64,000 bases of DNA, from the NCBI RefSeq assembly GCF_009914755.1, contig NC_060926.1; one strand, given 5' to 3'. Shown one piece after another: positions 13,234 through 25,010 of this stretch. Both the position numbers and the translations under genes were made by a program. Source of the stretch: the human T2T-CHM13v2.0 reference genome, Homo sapiens. Below the pieces are notes generated by a model. That model was given only the letters and a program-made list of their open reading frames with translations, ran no database searches and was not told the DNA's origin. The number at the start of each line of letters is the position of its first letter. The first letter of the stretch is position 1.

Positions 13234-13590
13234 ATGTATACACATGCACACATGAGTATGCACCCACACATGCCCCATTCTCCTACCTCAACCAATTGGC
13301 TTCCTCAAAACTTGGTAACTTCATTTTCCACTTAGGACCCTATTATCTGTTCTAGCCCTGAGTCTTTTTAATCATTTGCTTTTCTCAGCCTCTTGGTTAA
13401 TTGGCCCAAGGCTTTGGTTGCCCATTTCATAATTCCTGATGGTCCCACTCTGATGGCCCAATTTATCCTTTCAAATTGAGGCCACACAAGTTGTAGAACA
13501 TTGGCCACCTGACAGCTGGTATACCTGGGTCAACTGCCCACCCCTTGTCTCATCAGCTATGGACAGGAGACCTAATTCATATGTAAGAGT
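13060..13590. mobile_element. Ancient ERVL/MaLR-type LTR (LTR33/MLT1-like)
   Basis: 'tgggtcaactgcccaccccttgtctcatcagctatggacagg' and 'gactgtaagagcctgagattcactccagttacctctaagaaaagaagg'. Confidence 0.4.
13201..13230 (+). repeat. (TG)15 microsatellite
   Basis: Read directly from the sequence. Confidence 0.97.
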
Positions 13591-13604
13591 TTATTGCCCA
13601 TTAA

Positions 13605-13850
13605 TATTAATAAAACAACAAATGTTCATGTAACTTTTATGTGCTGGACATTGTTTGTAAACACTTTAGATGCATTATTACCCATGTGATCTTCAAAACA
13701 ACCCTAAGAAGTAGGTTCTATTACCACCACCACCATTTTACTGTTAGGCAAAATAAATCAGAGAGAGGCAAGTGAACTGTCTAAGACCTTACAGCTATTA
13801 TAAGGCAGAGCCAGGATTCAATCTCAAGTAATCTGTGCTCTCACCTGCCA
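13605..13850 (-). mobile_element. MIR SINE
   Basis: 'cttcaaaacaaccctaagaagtagg...agagaggcaagtgaactgtctaagaccttacagcta...ggcagagccaggattcaa'. Confidence 0.8.
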
Positions 13851-14074
13851 CCTTAGGCTGCCTTGGTGTAGATTTGCTTAGAAGTGTCTTGGGAGATAGG
13901 GGGTGGGGCATGGGGACAGGGAATATGACCAGACAATAATCAGCACCTCTTGTTCCCCAAGGCATCATGCCAGTTTCTACCTTTTCACCTTTACATATGG
14001 TGTTCTTTCCACTTGGAATTATTTTCTGTCTCTCTCTCTAAATATATAAACATTTGGAAATGAATGAGCAAACA

Positions 14075-14185
14075 CATTAGCTGTATAGCCTTGAGCTCAT
14101 CATTTCACCTCTCTGGGTCTCAGGTTCTTCATCTATAAAATGAAGGGGTGGAACCGGATTCTTCAAATTCTACAATTGTGTAACT
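14075..14185 (+). mobile_element. MIR3-like SINE fragment
   Basis: 'agctgtatagccttgag...cacctctctgggtctcaggttcttcatctataaaatgaagggg'. Confidence 0.75.
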
Positions 14186-15584
14186 TTAAGGAAAGAACAA
14201 AGGCAACTCAGAAATCAAAGGTGAGAATGGTAACATTTTGATATTCCTGTCATCTTGCGGCAGCCAGAGTCTCTGTTGTTATGCTTAAAGGGAATGTGGA
14301 CATTTTAGTGAATCCATAAATCTTTAATGATATGTGGAGCTCCTTAAGTACAATACCCTACCAAGTGGCAACCACTTGTTCAAATCATGGTGCACTGATT
14401 GGGTGCTGATCCTCTTTCCACAGTGGATTCGGGTTTGTCTCTTAGCTTGAAGCATCTCCTTTTAACTCTGTAACTTCAGAATTCTGATGGGGCCTAATAG
14501 CAACTCAATTCAATCAAGACGTGTATTTTCCTTGTTGAATCAGATCACTCGAGGTTGCTAACAATCATCTATTGTGGTGTATGGAAAGCCAACTTTTATA
14601 CATGAAATTAAATGAAAGCTTACAGGGGCTAAGGCCTTAACTGGAGACTCTTTTGTGGCTTTCTTTTAGTGTATTATTTGTCAGATTTTTATAAGAACAT
14701 TATTGCTTTAAGAAAAAAAATTAAACCCTGAGAAATTACTCTCAGTCTAACGAGTTCTTTTCACTGACTTCAGACATCATTAGGGGAAGGCTATAGCCTA
14801 GGGCTGTGCATGAACTTTTTCTTCTAACTGTACACTTTATGTATAATTTAGCTTTCTTGCCTAAATTATTCAAGCAAATAGTGAGTGAAAATAATGGAGT
14901 TCACTGAAACCTTCCAGAGTATTAAAATAAAACAGTTTTTTATGTTGGTTTGAATTTTTAAGCTTTTTAATCATGGATTTCAAATGGAATACACATGTCT
15001 GGCTTTTCTTCACTTGTCCTCTGCATCTTTTTCAGAAGGAGAGAAGAAAGGAAAAGAACTTTAGTAAATAATCCAGTAATTAATCACTAGTGCTGATAGC
15101 CACTCCAGGTTGAAGTAACACTCTTTGGAAACACCATATCAAGGGGCCAGGGATATGGTTGGCACATATTTCAAAAGGTAGATAGATACTTCTTTTCCCC
15201 ATTTCTTGGGACCAGGGCAGGGCTGAAATTCAGTGGCATATTTGAAAGGGAGAACTCATCTGTTTAGTTTAAATAGGAAATCACAGTAGCAGGATTTGTA
15301 CTGAAATCACCCCAGATTTTTTTTTAAACCAAACACATGCTCTAAATAATAATGTTTCATTTTTGATGTGTGTGGTCTGGAAACCTTATTTTTATTATAG
15401 ATAACCCTGAAGAAAATTTGAAAATCATTGAAAGAATGGGATTTCCTGGCATACCAAATACATTTCCCAACCAAATTGTTATCATAGCACACTGTCTTTG
15501 GAAATAACAAAGGCGATAATAGCAACCAGGGTTGTGGAAGGGAAATCATCAATGTGCAGCAAAGAGCTTCAGATATCATATTCT

Positions 15585-15950
15585 GAACTGGCAAATGCAA
15601 GCTTGAGAGTAATATCTGGGAAGGCCCAATGGCTAATGCTCTTTTTAGAGAAAAAAGAATGACCTAGAATAACAGACCTGTAAGTTTAATTTATCGACCT
15701 GATTAGACACAGGAAAGAATTATCACAAAATCAATTTTTCAACACATAGCCTAGAACAGGGTATTAGGTAGTAAGCAGTATGATATCATCACAACTATTA
15801 AAGTCTCTTTTAAGACTCTAGTCTACTCCTATGATAGTACAAAATATGGTAAATGGAAGGAAACTGAGAAATGCAATCCATATTGGTTTCAATAATATGT
15901 TTTATACTCTCCAACATGACATTTTAAACAATTATCTGAAAAAATGTGTT
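15585..15950 (+). mobile_element. L3/CR1 LINE, fossil reverse-transcriptase region
   Basis: From 15668 it translates NNRPVSLIYRPD*TQERIITKSIFQHIA*NRVLGSKQYDII, collinear with CR1 NYRPVSLTS.PGK..E.II...I..HL..N.VI..SQHGF; later FNNMFYTLQHDIL resembles FSKAFDTVSHDIL. Confidence 0.75.
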
Positions 15951-15989
15951 TAGAAATTTAATTATTTTATTTTAAGCATTGGTCAAGGA

Positions 15990-16065
15990 GTGATGAGACC
16001 TAGATTTAAGTCTTAGCTCTATCATTGAGAAATTGTAGGCAAGTTACTTCTTTACCTCTCTGTGT
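15990..16065 (+). mobile_element. MIR fragment
   Basis: 'agacctagatttaagtcttagctct...ggcaagttactt'. Confidence 0.5.
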
Positions 16066-16719
16066 GCTGGATACCAGACATAATTATCTCTAGGACCTGA
16101 GATTATTTAATTATTCACCTAGAAATGTCACTTACTGCATGTGTGTGCATTAAAAACAAAAATCATGTCATAATTGGTCATCTTATTCCATTCTCACTGC
16201 ACATGGCATCTAAGAGGTCTCATCCAACTAGGCAAGCTCTGGGTTAGGAGGCAGATCAAGGTAAGTGAGAATTGACTTTAGTTCTCTTTCTTTGACTCTC
16301 TTCCTGCATACAGGCCTACTTAGCCTGTTTTCCCAGCTCCTTCTCCCTCCCGTCCTCTCACTGCTCTTCCCTGCAGCCCTTCACCCCCATCTTTTCTGAC
16401 CAATCTGGATCAAAGTCCTCCCCTAGGGCCCCATGGCAGGCCTCCATCTCCAATATTTCCTTCTAAGGCTTTTCCCTACAGCCTCACCTAACATACCTCT
16501 AACCGTATCATTCCTTGGCAAAACTTTCCAGTGGGAAAATCTCTTTCTACCTCTTCTTCAGGCCCAGAAACTAAGGACAGGGTTTGGATGCATTTAGCTC
16601 ACTACCGCCACTTCTAGCTCTTTGGGCCTTCCCTGTCCCCCAACAAATTTTCTTCTAAAAGGTCCATGTGACTGATTTATAATTTATCCCCAGTTGTACC
16701 TTTTATTTTCTACACTTGT

Positions 16720-16775
16720 AGTTCATTCATTCATTCAGTAAGTATTTATTAAATACCTACCACATGCCAGGCTCA
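16720..16775 (-). mobile_element. L2 3' terminus
   Basis: 'ttcattcattcattcagtaagtatttattaaatacctaccacatgccagg'. Confidence 0.7.
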
Positions 16776-17094
16776 GCCTTTCTTCCTAGTTCTTCTCTTG
16801 TTTTCATCCCCATGACTTCAGCCTCCAAGGGCAAGACTCTAAAAGTAGTTTCACCTGGGCTGCTCCACCAGCCATTTCTCCATTTCTCCATTTTGGCTAC
16901 AGGTGGGCTATAATAATGGTCTCACTGTCCTTCAGAAATGTTTCAAATGACCACAGCAACACCATCTTTCTTTTCTTCCTTTCTCTCACAACAGCTGCAC
17001 CTGTACCCTCAATCTTATCCTTAACCCTGAGCCCATCTCTGTTCTCTTGTCTTCTTACCCAGCTTGATCAATGCTTCTCTCTGTCTTATCTACT

Positions 17095-17197
17095 TACTTA
17101 TTCATCTCTGCTTCTGCTATGGCACCTAGAACAAGGTCTTCCATCCATCTAATAGGTACTTAGTAAATATTTGTTTAATTGAACTGAATTGAATAAA
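17095..17197 (+). mobile_element. L2 3' terminus
   Basis: 'gcacctagaaca...aataggtacttagtaaatatttgtttaattgaa'. Confidence 0.65.
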
Positions 17198-18187
17198 ATT
17201 GGAAAAAGAAGTTCAATAATAGGCACAGTGAGTGGAATACCAAGTCTGAAACATGGCATCTAACAGTCCTTCTCTGTTGTGTGACACAGACTATGCCTAG
17301 AATACTTTATTTTGCCCATTTCTAAGTTTCACATTTTGCAAGATGAATTTTTCAATTCTGGAGTGACTAATTTCATTTTTCTTTTCTCTCTCTCCTCTGT
17401 CTATTAATGGCTATCTCTCTTTTACAAATAAGGATCTACATTCAGAAACTTCTGTATGTTGCTTTTTTTTCACTGAACATTATATCACAAGCATTTTACA
17501 CAGTCATTAAATATTCTTTTACAATATGAGTTCAGTGATCACATGAAGTTCTAGCATGGAGCTATATGCAAAAATGCTTAACTAATTTCCATTGCAAAAA
17601 CCATATTTCCAGTTTTTCAATGAACACATGTACACTAAATGTGGGGTGGGGGAGGTGTAATCATTTAACTGTATAGAATATTACACATAAATGTTAGGTG
17701 AAAGGATACAAATATTTGTATTGTTACTGATATATATGGGAGAATATCCTCCTCAAGAACTCCAAGGAACAGCATGTACAAATAATTGTCAATACTATTA
17801 TCTTTCTTTTGATTCACTAAAAGTGATGTATTTTGTATAACATTTTTAAAATTACAGCTTTATTGAAATAAAACTTGCATACCAAAAATTCACTCCTTTA
17901 AAGCATGCAATTATGTAGTTTTTAATGTATTCAGAGTTGTGCAACCATCACCACTGTCTAATTTCAGAACATTTTCATCAATACCCAAAATAAAACCTGT
18001 ACCCATTAAGGGTCATTCCTCATCCCCCTTTCTCCCTATCCCCCAGCAACCACTAAATTATTTTCTCTATATTCAGATATTCTGATTTGAAATGTTCCAT
18101 ACAAGGGAAATTGCACATGATTTGTCCTTTTGTATCTGGCTTCTTTCACCTACTATAATGTTTTCAAGGTTCATCCATGTTGTAGCC

Positions 18188-18582
18188 TGTGTCCTTTTGC
18201 ATTGTTGTAAAGGAATACCTAAGGACGGGCAATTTATAAAGAAAAGAGGTTTATTTGGCTCATAGTTCTGCAGGCTGTATAAGAAGCATGACCCTGGCAT
18301 CTACTTCTGGTGAGGGTCTCAGGAAGCTTTCACTGATGGTGGAAGGCAAGGGAAACTGGCATGTCATACGGCAGGAAAGGGAGCAAGAGAGAGAAAAGGA
18401 GGGGTACCAGACTCTTTTTAACAACCAGATCTCACTTGAATGCACTACTGTGGGGAGGGCACCAAGCCATCCATGAAGAATCTGCCCCCATGACCCAAAT
18501 GCCTCCCATTAGGCCCCCTTCTAACACTGGGGATCATATTTCAACATGAGATTTGGAAGGGACAAATATCCAAACCATATCA
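18188..18582 (-). mobile_element. MSTB-type MaLR solo LTR
   Basis: 'aatttataaagaaaagaggtttatttggctcatagttctgcaggctgtataagaagcatg' and terminus 'caacatgagatttggaagggacaaatatccaaaccatatca'. Confidence 0.9.
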
Positions 18583-19013
18583 GAGCATAGGTCAGTACTT
18601 CATTCATATTTATAGTTCAATGATATTCCATTGTATGGATATGATCACATTTTGTTTCTGTACTCATCATTGGATGGACATTTGGGTTGTTTCCATTTTG
18701 GCTATTATTAATAATACCACTGTGAAGATTCTTGCACAAGGTTTTGTGTGAGCATGTTTTCAATTCTCTTGCCTATATACACAGGAGTGGAATTTCTAGG
18801 GCACATGGTATTCTATGTTTAATTTTTTGAGGAACTGCCAAATTGTATTCCAAAGTGATTGCACTGTTTTACATTTTCACCAGCAATGTTCCAATTTATC
18901 CACATTTTCACCAATACTTGTTGTTCATCTTTATACAGTATTATACTTTTTATATTGTACCCATCCTAGTGGGTATGAAGTGGTATCTCATTGTGTTTTT
19001 CATTTTGTTTCCC

Positions 19014-19312
19014 TTTTTTTGGTTTTTGAAACAGGATCTCACTCTGTCACCCAGGCTGGAGTGCAGTGGTGCAATAATGGCTCACTACAACCTTGACCTC
19101 CTGGGCTCAAGTGATCCTCCCACCTCAGCCTCCTGAGTAGCTGCGACCACAGGCACTCACCATCACACCCAGCTAATTTTTTGTGTGTTTTTTTGTAGAG
19201 ATGTGGCTTTGCCATGTTGCCCAGGATAGTCTTGAACACCTGAACTCAAGTGATCTACCCGCCTCAGCCTCCCAAAGTGTTGAGATAACAGGTGTAAGCC
19301 ACCACACCTGGC
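19014..19312 (-). mobile_element. AluJ
   Basis: Dimeric Alu with J-type 'ccttgacctcctgggctcaagtgatcctcccacctcagcc'. Confidence 0.92.
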
Positions 19313-19474
19313 ATTTATTTCCTTAATGACTAATCTTACTGAGCATCTTCCATGTGTTTATTGGCCATTTGTACACATTCTTCTGAGAAAGGTTTATTCA
19401 AACTCTTTACCCATTTTTAAATTGGATTACTTGCCTTTTTGTTGTTGAATTGAATGAGTTCTTTACATATTCTA

Positions 19475-19908
19475 TTTTAAAAATTTATAATTTTTGTAGG
19501 GACATAGTAGGTGTATATATTTATGGGGTACATGAGATGTTTTGATACAGGCATACAATGCGCAATAATCACATCATGGAGAATGGGGTATCCCTCCCCT
19601 CAAGCATTTATACTTTGTATTACAAACAATGCAGTTACACTCTTGGTTGTTTTAATGTGTACAGTTAAGTTATCATGGACTATGGTCACCATGTTGTGCT
19701 ATCGAATAGTAGGTCTTATTAATTCTTTCTATTTTTCTTTATCCATTAGCCATCTCCCCTCAATCCCCCCAATATCCTTCCCAGCCTCTGGTAACCATCC
19801 TCCTACTCTCTATCCATTAGTTCAATTGTTTTGATTTTTAGATCCCACAAGTAAGTGAGAACATGTGATGTTTGTCTTTCTGCACTGGTTTATTTCACTT
19901 AACATAAT
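19475..19908 (-). mobile_element. L1MA (L1MA1-3-like) 3' end
   Basis: 'catagtaggtgtatatatttatggggtacatgagatgttttgatacaggcat...aataatcacatcatggagaatggggtatcc'; TSD-like TTTACATAT at about 19462 and 19908. Confidence 0.88.
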
Positions 19909-21778
19909 TTACATATCATTAATACAAGTCTGATCCGACACGTAATTTGCAAATACTTTCTCCATGCTATGGATTGCATTCCTACTCTTTCATGATGTCT
20001 TTTAAAACACGAAAATTTTAAATTTTGATGAAGTGCATTTTATTTACCTTTTTCTCTTGTTGCTTATGCTTTTGGTGTCATATCTAAGAAACCATTGCCT
20101 AATCCAAGGTCATGAAGATTTATGCCTGTTTTCTTCTAAACATTTTATAATTTTTATCTCTTACATTTATATCTGTGATCCAAATTAAATGATTGTTCTT
20201 TAAAGATAATCAAATTATTATTCCTTTTGGAACTTTTTTCAAATAGTTAATCTACTATCTGAGAACCGTTTTGTGCAAAAAACATTTTTCTTTTTCTACT
20301 CACTTGAAATGCTACCTTTTCTCAAATATTATTTTTAAACACTTAATTTCCTTCCAGAAATCTGTTTGTCAATTCATATATTAGTAGAAAAACTTTTCTT
20401 ATTTTAGAATTAAAGTATTTTAATATTGTATGACACAAATATTCTCCTGTTACATTTTTTACAAAATTTCCTGGGAATTTTTATTCATTTATTCTTTCAG
20501 ATAAATTTTAGATTTATTTTATCAAATCTTGCATCCAAAATAAAATAAGAATTATAATTTGTGTTCTTTTTGTAATTTCATTAAGCTTATGTGTTAATTT
20601 GAGGAAATTTAAATTTTATAATATTGAATCAACAAATAGATATAGGGTACCATTTTATTTATTAATATTCCTTTTAGGAAACTCAGTGAAGTTTTATAGT
20701 TTTTTTCCCAAATAGATCCAAATTATCTCATAAATTTATTCCTAGGTAATTTTTATTTAGTTGTTATTATTGTAAATATAACCTTTCTGCTGAATATTTT
20801 CTAAGCATCTATATTACAAATGCAATATTTGCAATTTTTACTATAATGCAATTTTTTTAATGTATTTGGAAATTGCTTATTTGTTTTTGGTAGACATTTC
20901 TATAACTCACAATAGTGATACCTCTTATATGCCTTTCTAATACATTTATTCATTCCTCATCATCAGTTTCATTTGCCAGAATTTCCAGAGCAATATTAAA
21001 TATCAGTGGTGTTAATCGGTCTCCTCTCTTGTTCCTGATATTAGTAATAATGCCTTTCCCATTTTATTCTCCCAAATGGCATTGTCTTTTGGTTTGTGTT
21101 AGATTTTCCATACAAAATTGAGGAAATTTTTCTCTATTCATAGATGCTTAGGAATCTATGATTTCTAAGAATTATTAATGAATATTCAATTTCAGCAAAT
21201 GTTTTTCAGGATCTATACACCTTGTCATATTTCTTCTTCTTTGAACTGTTAGTAAATTTCTATAGTAAAACAGTTTTAATTTGTTTAATAAGCTGTGTTT
21301 GTTCATAGTGAATCAATCTTTAATATACAACTAGGTTCAATTTACTAAAGTTTTATTTAGAATTATTACTTCTCACTATTCACAAGTTCATGAGTGAGAT
21401 TGATTTGTGGCTTTCTTTTTATGTTGTTTATGTTAGGTTTTGGTATCAGAAATGCACTAGCCTTGAAAGATCAATTGCAATGGCTTTTTTCCCCTTGCTT
21501 TAGAACAGTTCATATACAATGGGAATTTTCATTAAAACTTTGAAAAAAAATCACTTGGAATAATAATCTGAGCTAAAGTCTCTTTCAAAAGCAATTCTTT
21601 GACAGCATTTTTGAATTGATTGCTTATTTATGATTCCATTTTCCTTTACTGCTATTCTTGAGTCAATTTTAGTTATTTGTATTTACTAAGAATTAGAGAG
21701 ATCATAGGATTTCATTCCAGGAAAAAAGACAATTTAGTAACAAAATTTCCCTTTCTGATAGACTCCAAATCAGTATGA

Positions 21779-22132
<354 letters not shown>

Positions 22133-22874
22133 TAAATATATATTTAATCAGATTGACTTCTAACTTGACTAGGATGACAAATTGCTGTGCGACTGTGCAA
22201 TTTCCACTGTCTATGAGCCTCTGTTTCAATGTTCTCCATGGTGGCTTAGTAAATAAAAATGATTCTAGAGCATGAAACTGAACAACTTCCTCACGCTAAA
22301 TAATGCATAGGTAACAAAGGATACAATATATTTTTTATCCAGAAGAAATTACTGACCTGACAAACCAGCAAATATATGTTTAAGTATGATGCAAAGAAAG
22401 TAAAACTCAGATAGTGAACACGGGCTGGTTAAATTCACATTATCTTTATCACACGCTTTTTCGCATCCCAACCTTCAAAGATTCACCCAAATGAAATATT
22501 GAAGGTTCTATTGAATTTCTGACAAGTACAAACTCTCTATACCCAAGCATGGCTCTAGGCAACAGAGAAAGAAATAACAACAATAAACTATGTTTTCGCA
22601 CACAGCCTAGAATGTTCGTTAGGGAGAAAGGGAAAAAAAGACTCTCTGCTGCTCTAGTGGACCGGAAATTCACTTCAAGGTTCAGACACTCACACATGAG
22701 AGCAGTTTGCTTTGCTCAAACCTTTGTCCTTTCTCTCCACTTTATAGCTTCAACTTTTAGATGGTCCAGGCCCTCTACTCACTCTGTTGCAGTCAAGAAA
22801 TCAAACGTGATTGTTCCTCTGTGCTCCTTTCTTTGTCAATGCAGAGGACAGAATGTGGGCTTGTAGACAACTGA

Positions 22875-23051
22875 GTGAGCCAGGATCTGAGATACTGAGG
22901 TTCCAGTCTTGGATCCACAGTAACCAGATAGGATAGTGTGCACATGTGGTTTAAACTCTATGAGCCTCAACTTCCACGTTTCTAAAACCGAGGGGGTTGT
23001 ACTTCACAAGGTAAATTTCGAAGTCTTTGCCAGACTGACAATCCTTGATTC
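22875..23051 (+). mobile_element. MIR3-like SINE
   Basis: 'ttaaactctatgagcctcaacttccacgtttctaaaaccgagggggttg...gtctttgccagactgacaatccttgattc'. Confidence 0.6.
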
Positions 23052-23106
23052 AAGAAAAGAAAGTGCTGTTTTACAGTTTCAGTCTAGAGTTTGAGCCAGG
23101 CACCAG
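22941..23106 (+). repeat. Copy A of a ~166-bp dispersed direct duplication
   Basis: Hand alignment to 25569-25733 gives about 24 differences in 166 bp, with exact 29-nt and 25-nt blocks. Confidence 0.92.
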
Positions 23107-23320
23107 GGCCTACCACATAGAAGGCCAGTCTAAGGATGGAAGCCACCTTCAAAGTGTAATTATTCAATAGTCTTGACTTCCCCAGAACCTTCTGCGGGGG
23201 GGTGGTGGGGGGTAGTTAAATTGACTACAAAAGTAACCTACCGGAGTTTACTAACAAGTGCAAACTTGTCAGCATTTAAGTATTATAACAAACTACCTGG
23301 ATGCCTGTCTTCCTCCTTAG

Positions 23321-23360
23321 GAGTCTTGTTTGCTATGTAAAGTTCAAGGGTTAACAAAAG
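23321..23360 (+). other. Candidate 40-nt exon
   Basis: Acceptor 'cctgtcttcctccttag|' and consensus donor AAG|GTAAGT; no transcript evidence. Confidence 0.25.
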
Positions 23361-23685
23361 GTAAGTGAATGTTTGATACAGATGGGCTCCTAGGCAGGCT
23401 CCTGAGAGGACAGGTGGACAATATAGAGGGAAGGAGAAAAAACAATGTGTGCTTCTTACTTCCTGCTCCCAGTGACCTGGGATGGAGTTCATTTTGCAGG
23501 GAGAGGAGGCTTTTTCAAATCTCCCTGTCTTGCAATCAATCAGAAAAAAAAGAAAAGCAGGTGTGCTCTCTCCAGCCTCCAGGGCAGCAAAAAGAGAAGG
23601 GTTCACCGAAGCCAACCCTCCCCCAGAACTCCTTCCAGAATGATGCTATGCCACTAACCATGTTTCTAGATTTTTTTTTCTACAG

Positions 23686-23781
23686 TTGCAATCAATCATC
23701 TCTTTTAAAGGGGACTCAATCATTTAAAACTTGCAATTGAACAGGAAGGGAAACTGTTTGAATCAGACTTTCCAAAGGCAG
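23686..23781 (+). other. Candidate 96-nt non-coding exon
   Basis: Branch point CACTAAC (23652-23658), T9C tract, TACAG| acceptor and CAG|GTAAGA donor; stop codons in all three frames. Confidence 0.35.
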
Positions 23782-23792
23782 GTAAGATTCCT

Positions 23793-24055
23793 GTATTCAT
23801 GCTTTCGATTCAGTATTTATAAGAAGGCCTATTGTATAGCAGGCACTGTTCTAGGTGCTGGGAACTTAGAGGAAACCCAGCGGGAACACAGAGGACAGAC
23901 AAGATCTCTGCCATGATAGTGCCCAACAATAAATAAGTGAGTAAAATGATTCCAGATCCTCTTATGTGATACATAGGAAATAAAACCAGGTAATATGGCT
24001 GAGAGTACAGCAGAGACAAATTAAATGGACTGTTTGCTCTGAGAAGGCCTCTTTT
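23793..24055 (-). mobile_element. L2 3' fragment
   Basis: 'cagtatttataagaaggcctattgtatagcaggcactgttctaggtgctggga'. Confidence 0.75.
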
Positions 24056-24185
24056 AGTAACAATAGCTACCATATTGTGAATACTCATTATATGCCAATT
24101 ACGTTACATTTGTTATTTGGTTGCAGCTTTGCAACAGCCTTGTGAAGGAAGAGTCGTAGTCCCCTTTTAGAGATTAAGAAATTGA

Positions 24186-24331
24186 AGCTGGGCACAGCGG
24201 CTCACACCTGTAATCCAAACACTTTGGGAGGCTGAGAAGGGAAAATTGTTTGAGCCGTAGAGTTTGAGACCAGCCCAGGCAACATGGTGAAACCTCATCT
24301 CTACCAAAATAAGAAAGAAGAAAGAAAGAAA

Positions 24332-24410
<79 letters not shown>

Positions 24411-24722
24411 GAAGGAAAGAAAAGAAAGAAAGAAGGAAAGAAAGAAAGAGAGAGAGAAAGAAAGAAAGAAAGGAAGGAAGGAAAGAAAGAAAGGAAAGAA
24501 AGAAAGAGGAAAAGAAAGAAAGAAGGAAAGTTTAGCTGGGTGTAGTGGTGCACGCCTGTAGTCCCAGCTACTCAGGAGGCTGAGGTGGGAGGATCACTTA
24601 AGCCAAGGGGGCAGAGGCTGCAGTTAGCCGAGATCACACTGCTGCACTTTAGCTTAAGCTACAGGGCAAGACCCTGTCTCAAAAAAAAAAAAAAAAAAAG
24701 AAAAGAAAAGAGAAAAGAAAGA
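24186..24722 (+). mobile_element. AluJ with expanded internal linker; TSD AAGAAATTGA
   Basis: Left arm 24186-24310 and right arm 24531-24680 with A tail; AAGAAATTGA at 24176-24185 and 24723-24732. Confidence 0.93.
24311..24530 (+). repeat. Compound (AAAG)n/(AAGG)n purine tract with perfect (AAAG)20 at 24331-24410
   Basis: 220 bp containing only A and G. Confidence 0.98.
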
Positions 24723-24861
24723 AAGAAATTGAGGCCCAAGGTCCACAGCTAGCAGGCAGCAGAGCCAAGATCCAAAGCCAGACATATCTAATTCCAAAGT
24801 CCTGTGCTCCTGCCACTATGTTAACCTGGCCCATGAGAAGAAGCCCCCTGTTGCACTGGAA

Positions 24862-25010
24862 CAGTGGTCCTCAGCCCTGTGTGCACATGGGGGTTAGAAG
24901 ATGCTGACACCTGCACTCCAGCCCCAGCAATTGTTATTTGCTTAGTCTCCAGTGCAGTCTCAATGTTTCAGTATTTAGAGGCAGCCCAAGAGAGCTAAGT
25001 TGAGAACCTA
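24862..25010. mobile_element. MER5A-like hAT-Charlie MITE
   Basis: Ends 'cagtggtcctcagccc' and 'agttgagaacc'; internal 'gatgctgacacctgcactccagccccag'. Confidence 0.6.

Larger units (their letters stand above)
17842..20190 (-). mobile_element. L1MB 3' fragment interrupted by MSTB, AluJ and L1MA
   Basis: 'acagctttattgaaataaaacttgcataccaaaaattcac', 'cagagttgtgcaaccatcaccactgtctaatttcagaacattttcatca', 'ttttggtgtcatatctaagaaaccattgcctaatccaaggtcatgaag'. Confidence 0.88.
17400..21700 (-). mobile_element. Very old L1ME-type element, fragments at about 17400-17840 and 20200-21700
   Basis: AT-rich antisense L1 remnants: 'tttattcctaggtaattt', 'atgagtgagattgatttgtggcttt', 'ttaggttttggtatcag'. Confidence 0.6.
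24056..24820 (-). mobile_element. MIR split by an AluJ
   Basis: 'caacagccttgtgaagg...ccccttttagagattaagaaattga' [Alu] 'ggcccaaggtccacagctagcaggcagcagagccaagatccaaa'. Confidence 0.75.

Noticed and set aside
16258-16313. AAG|GTAAGT donor followed by a pyrimidine tract and CAG
   Set aside because: The implied 53-nt intron is below the usual human minimum, and I found no convincing partner sites.
24167-24553. KERK-repeat and FLSF-repeat ORFs
   Set aside because: Translations of the (AAAG)n tract and Alu arms.
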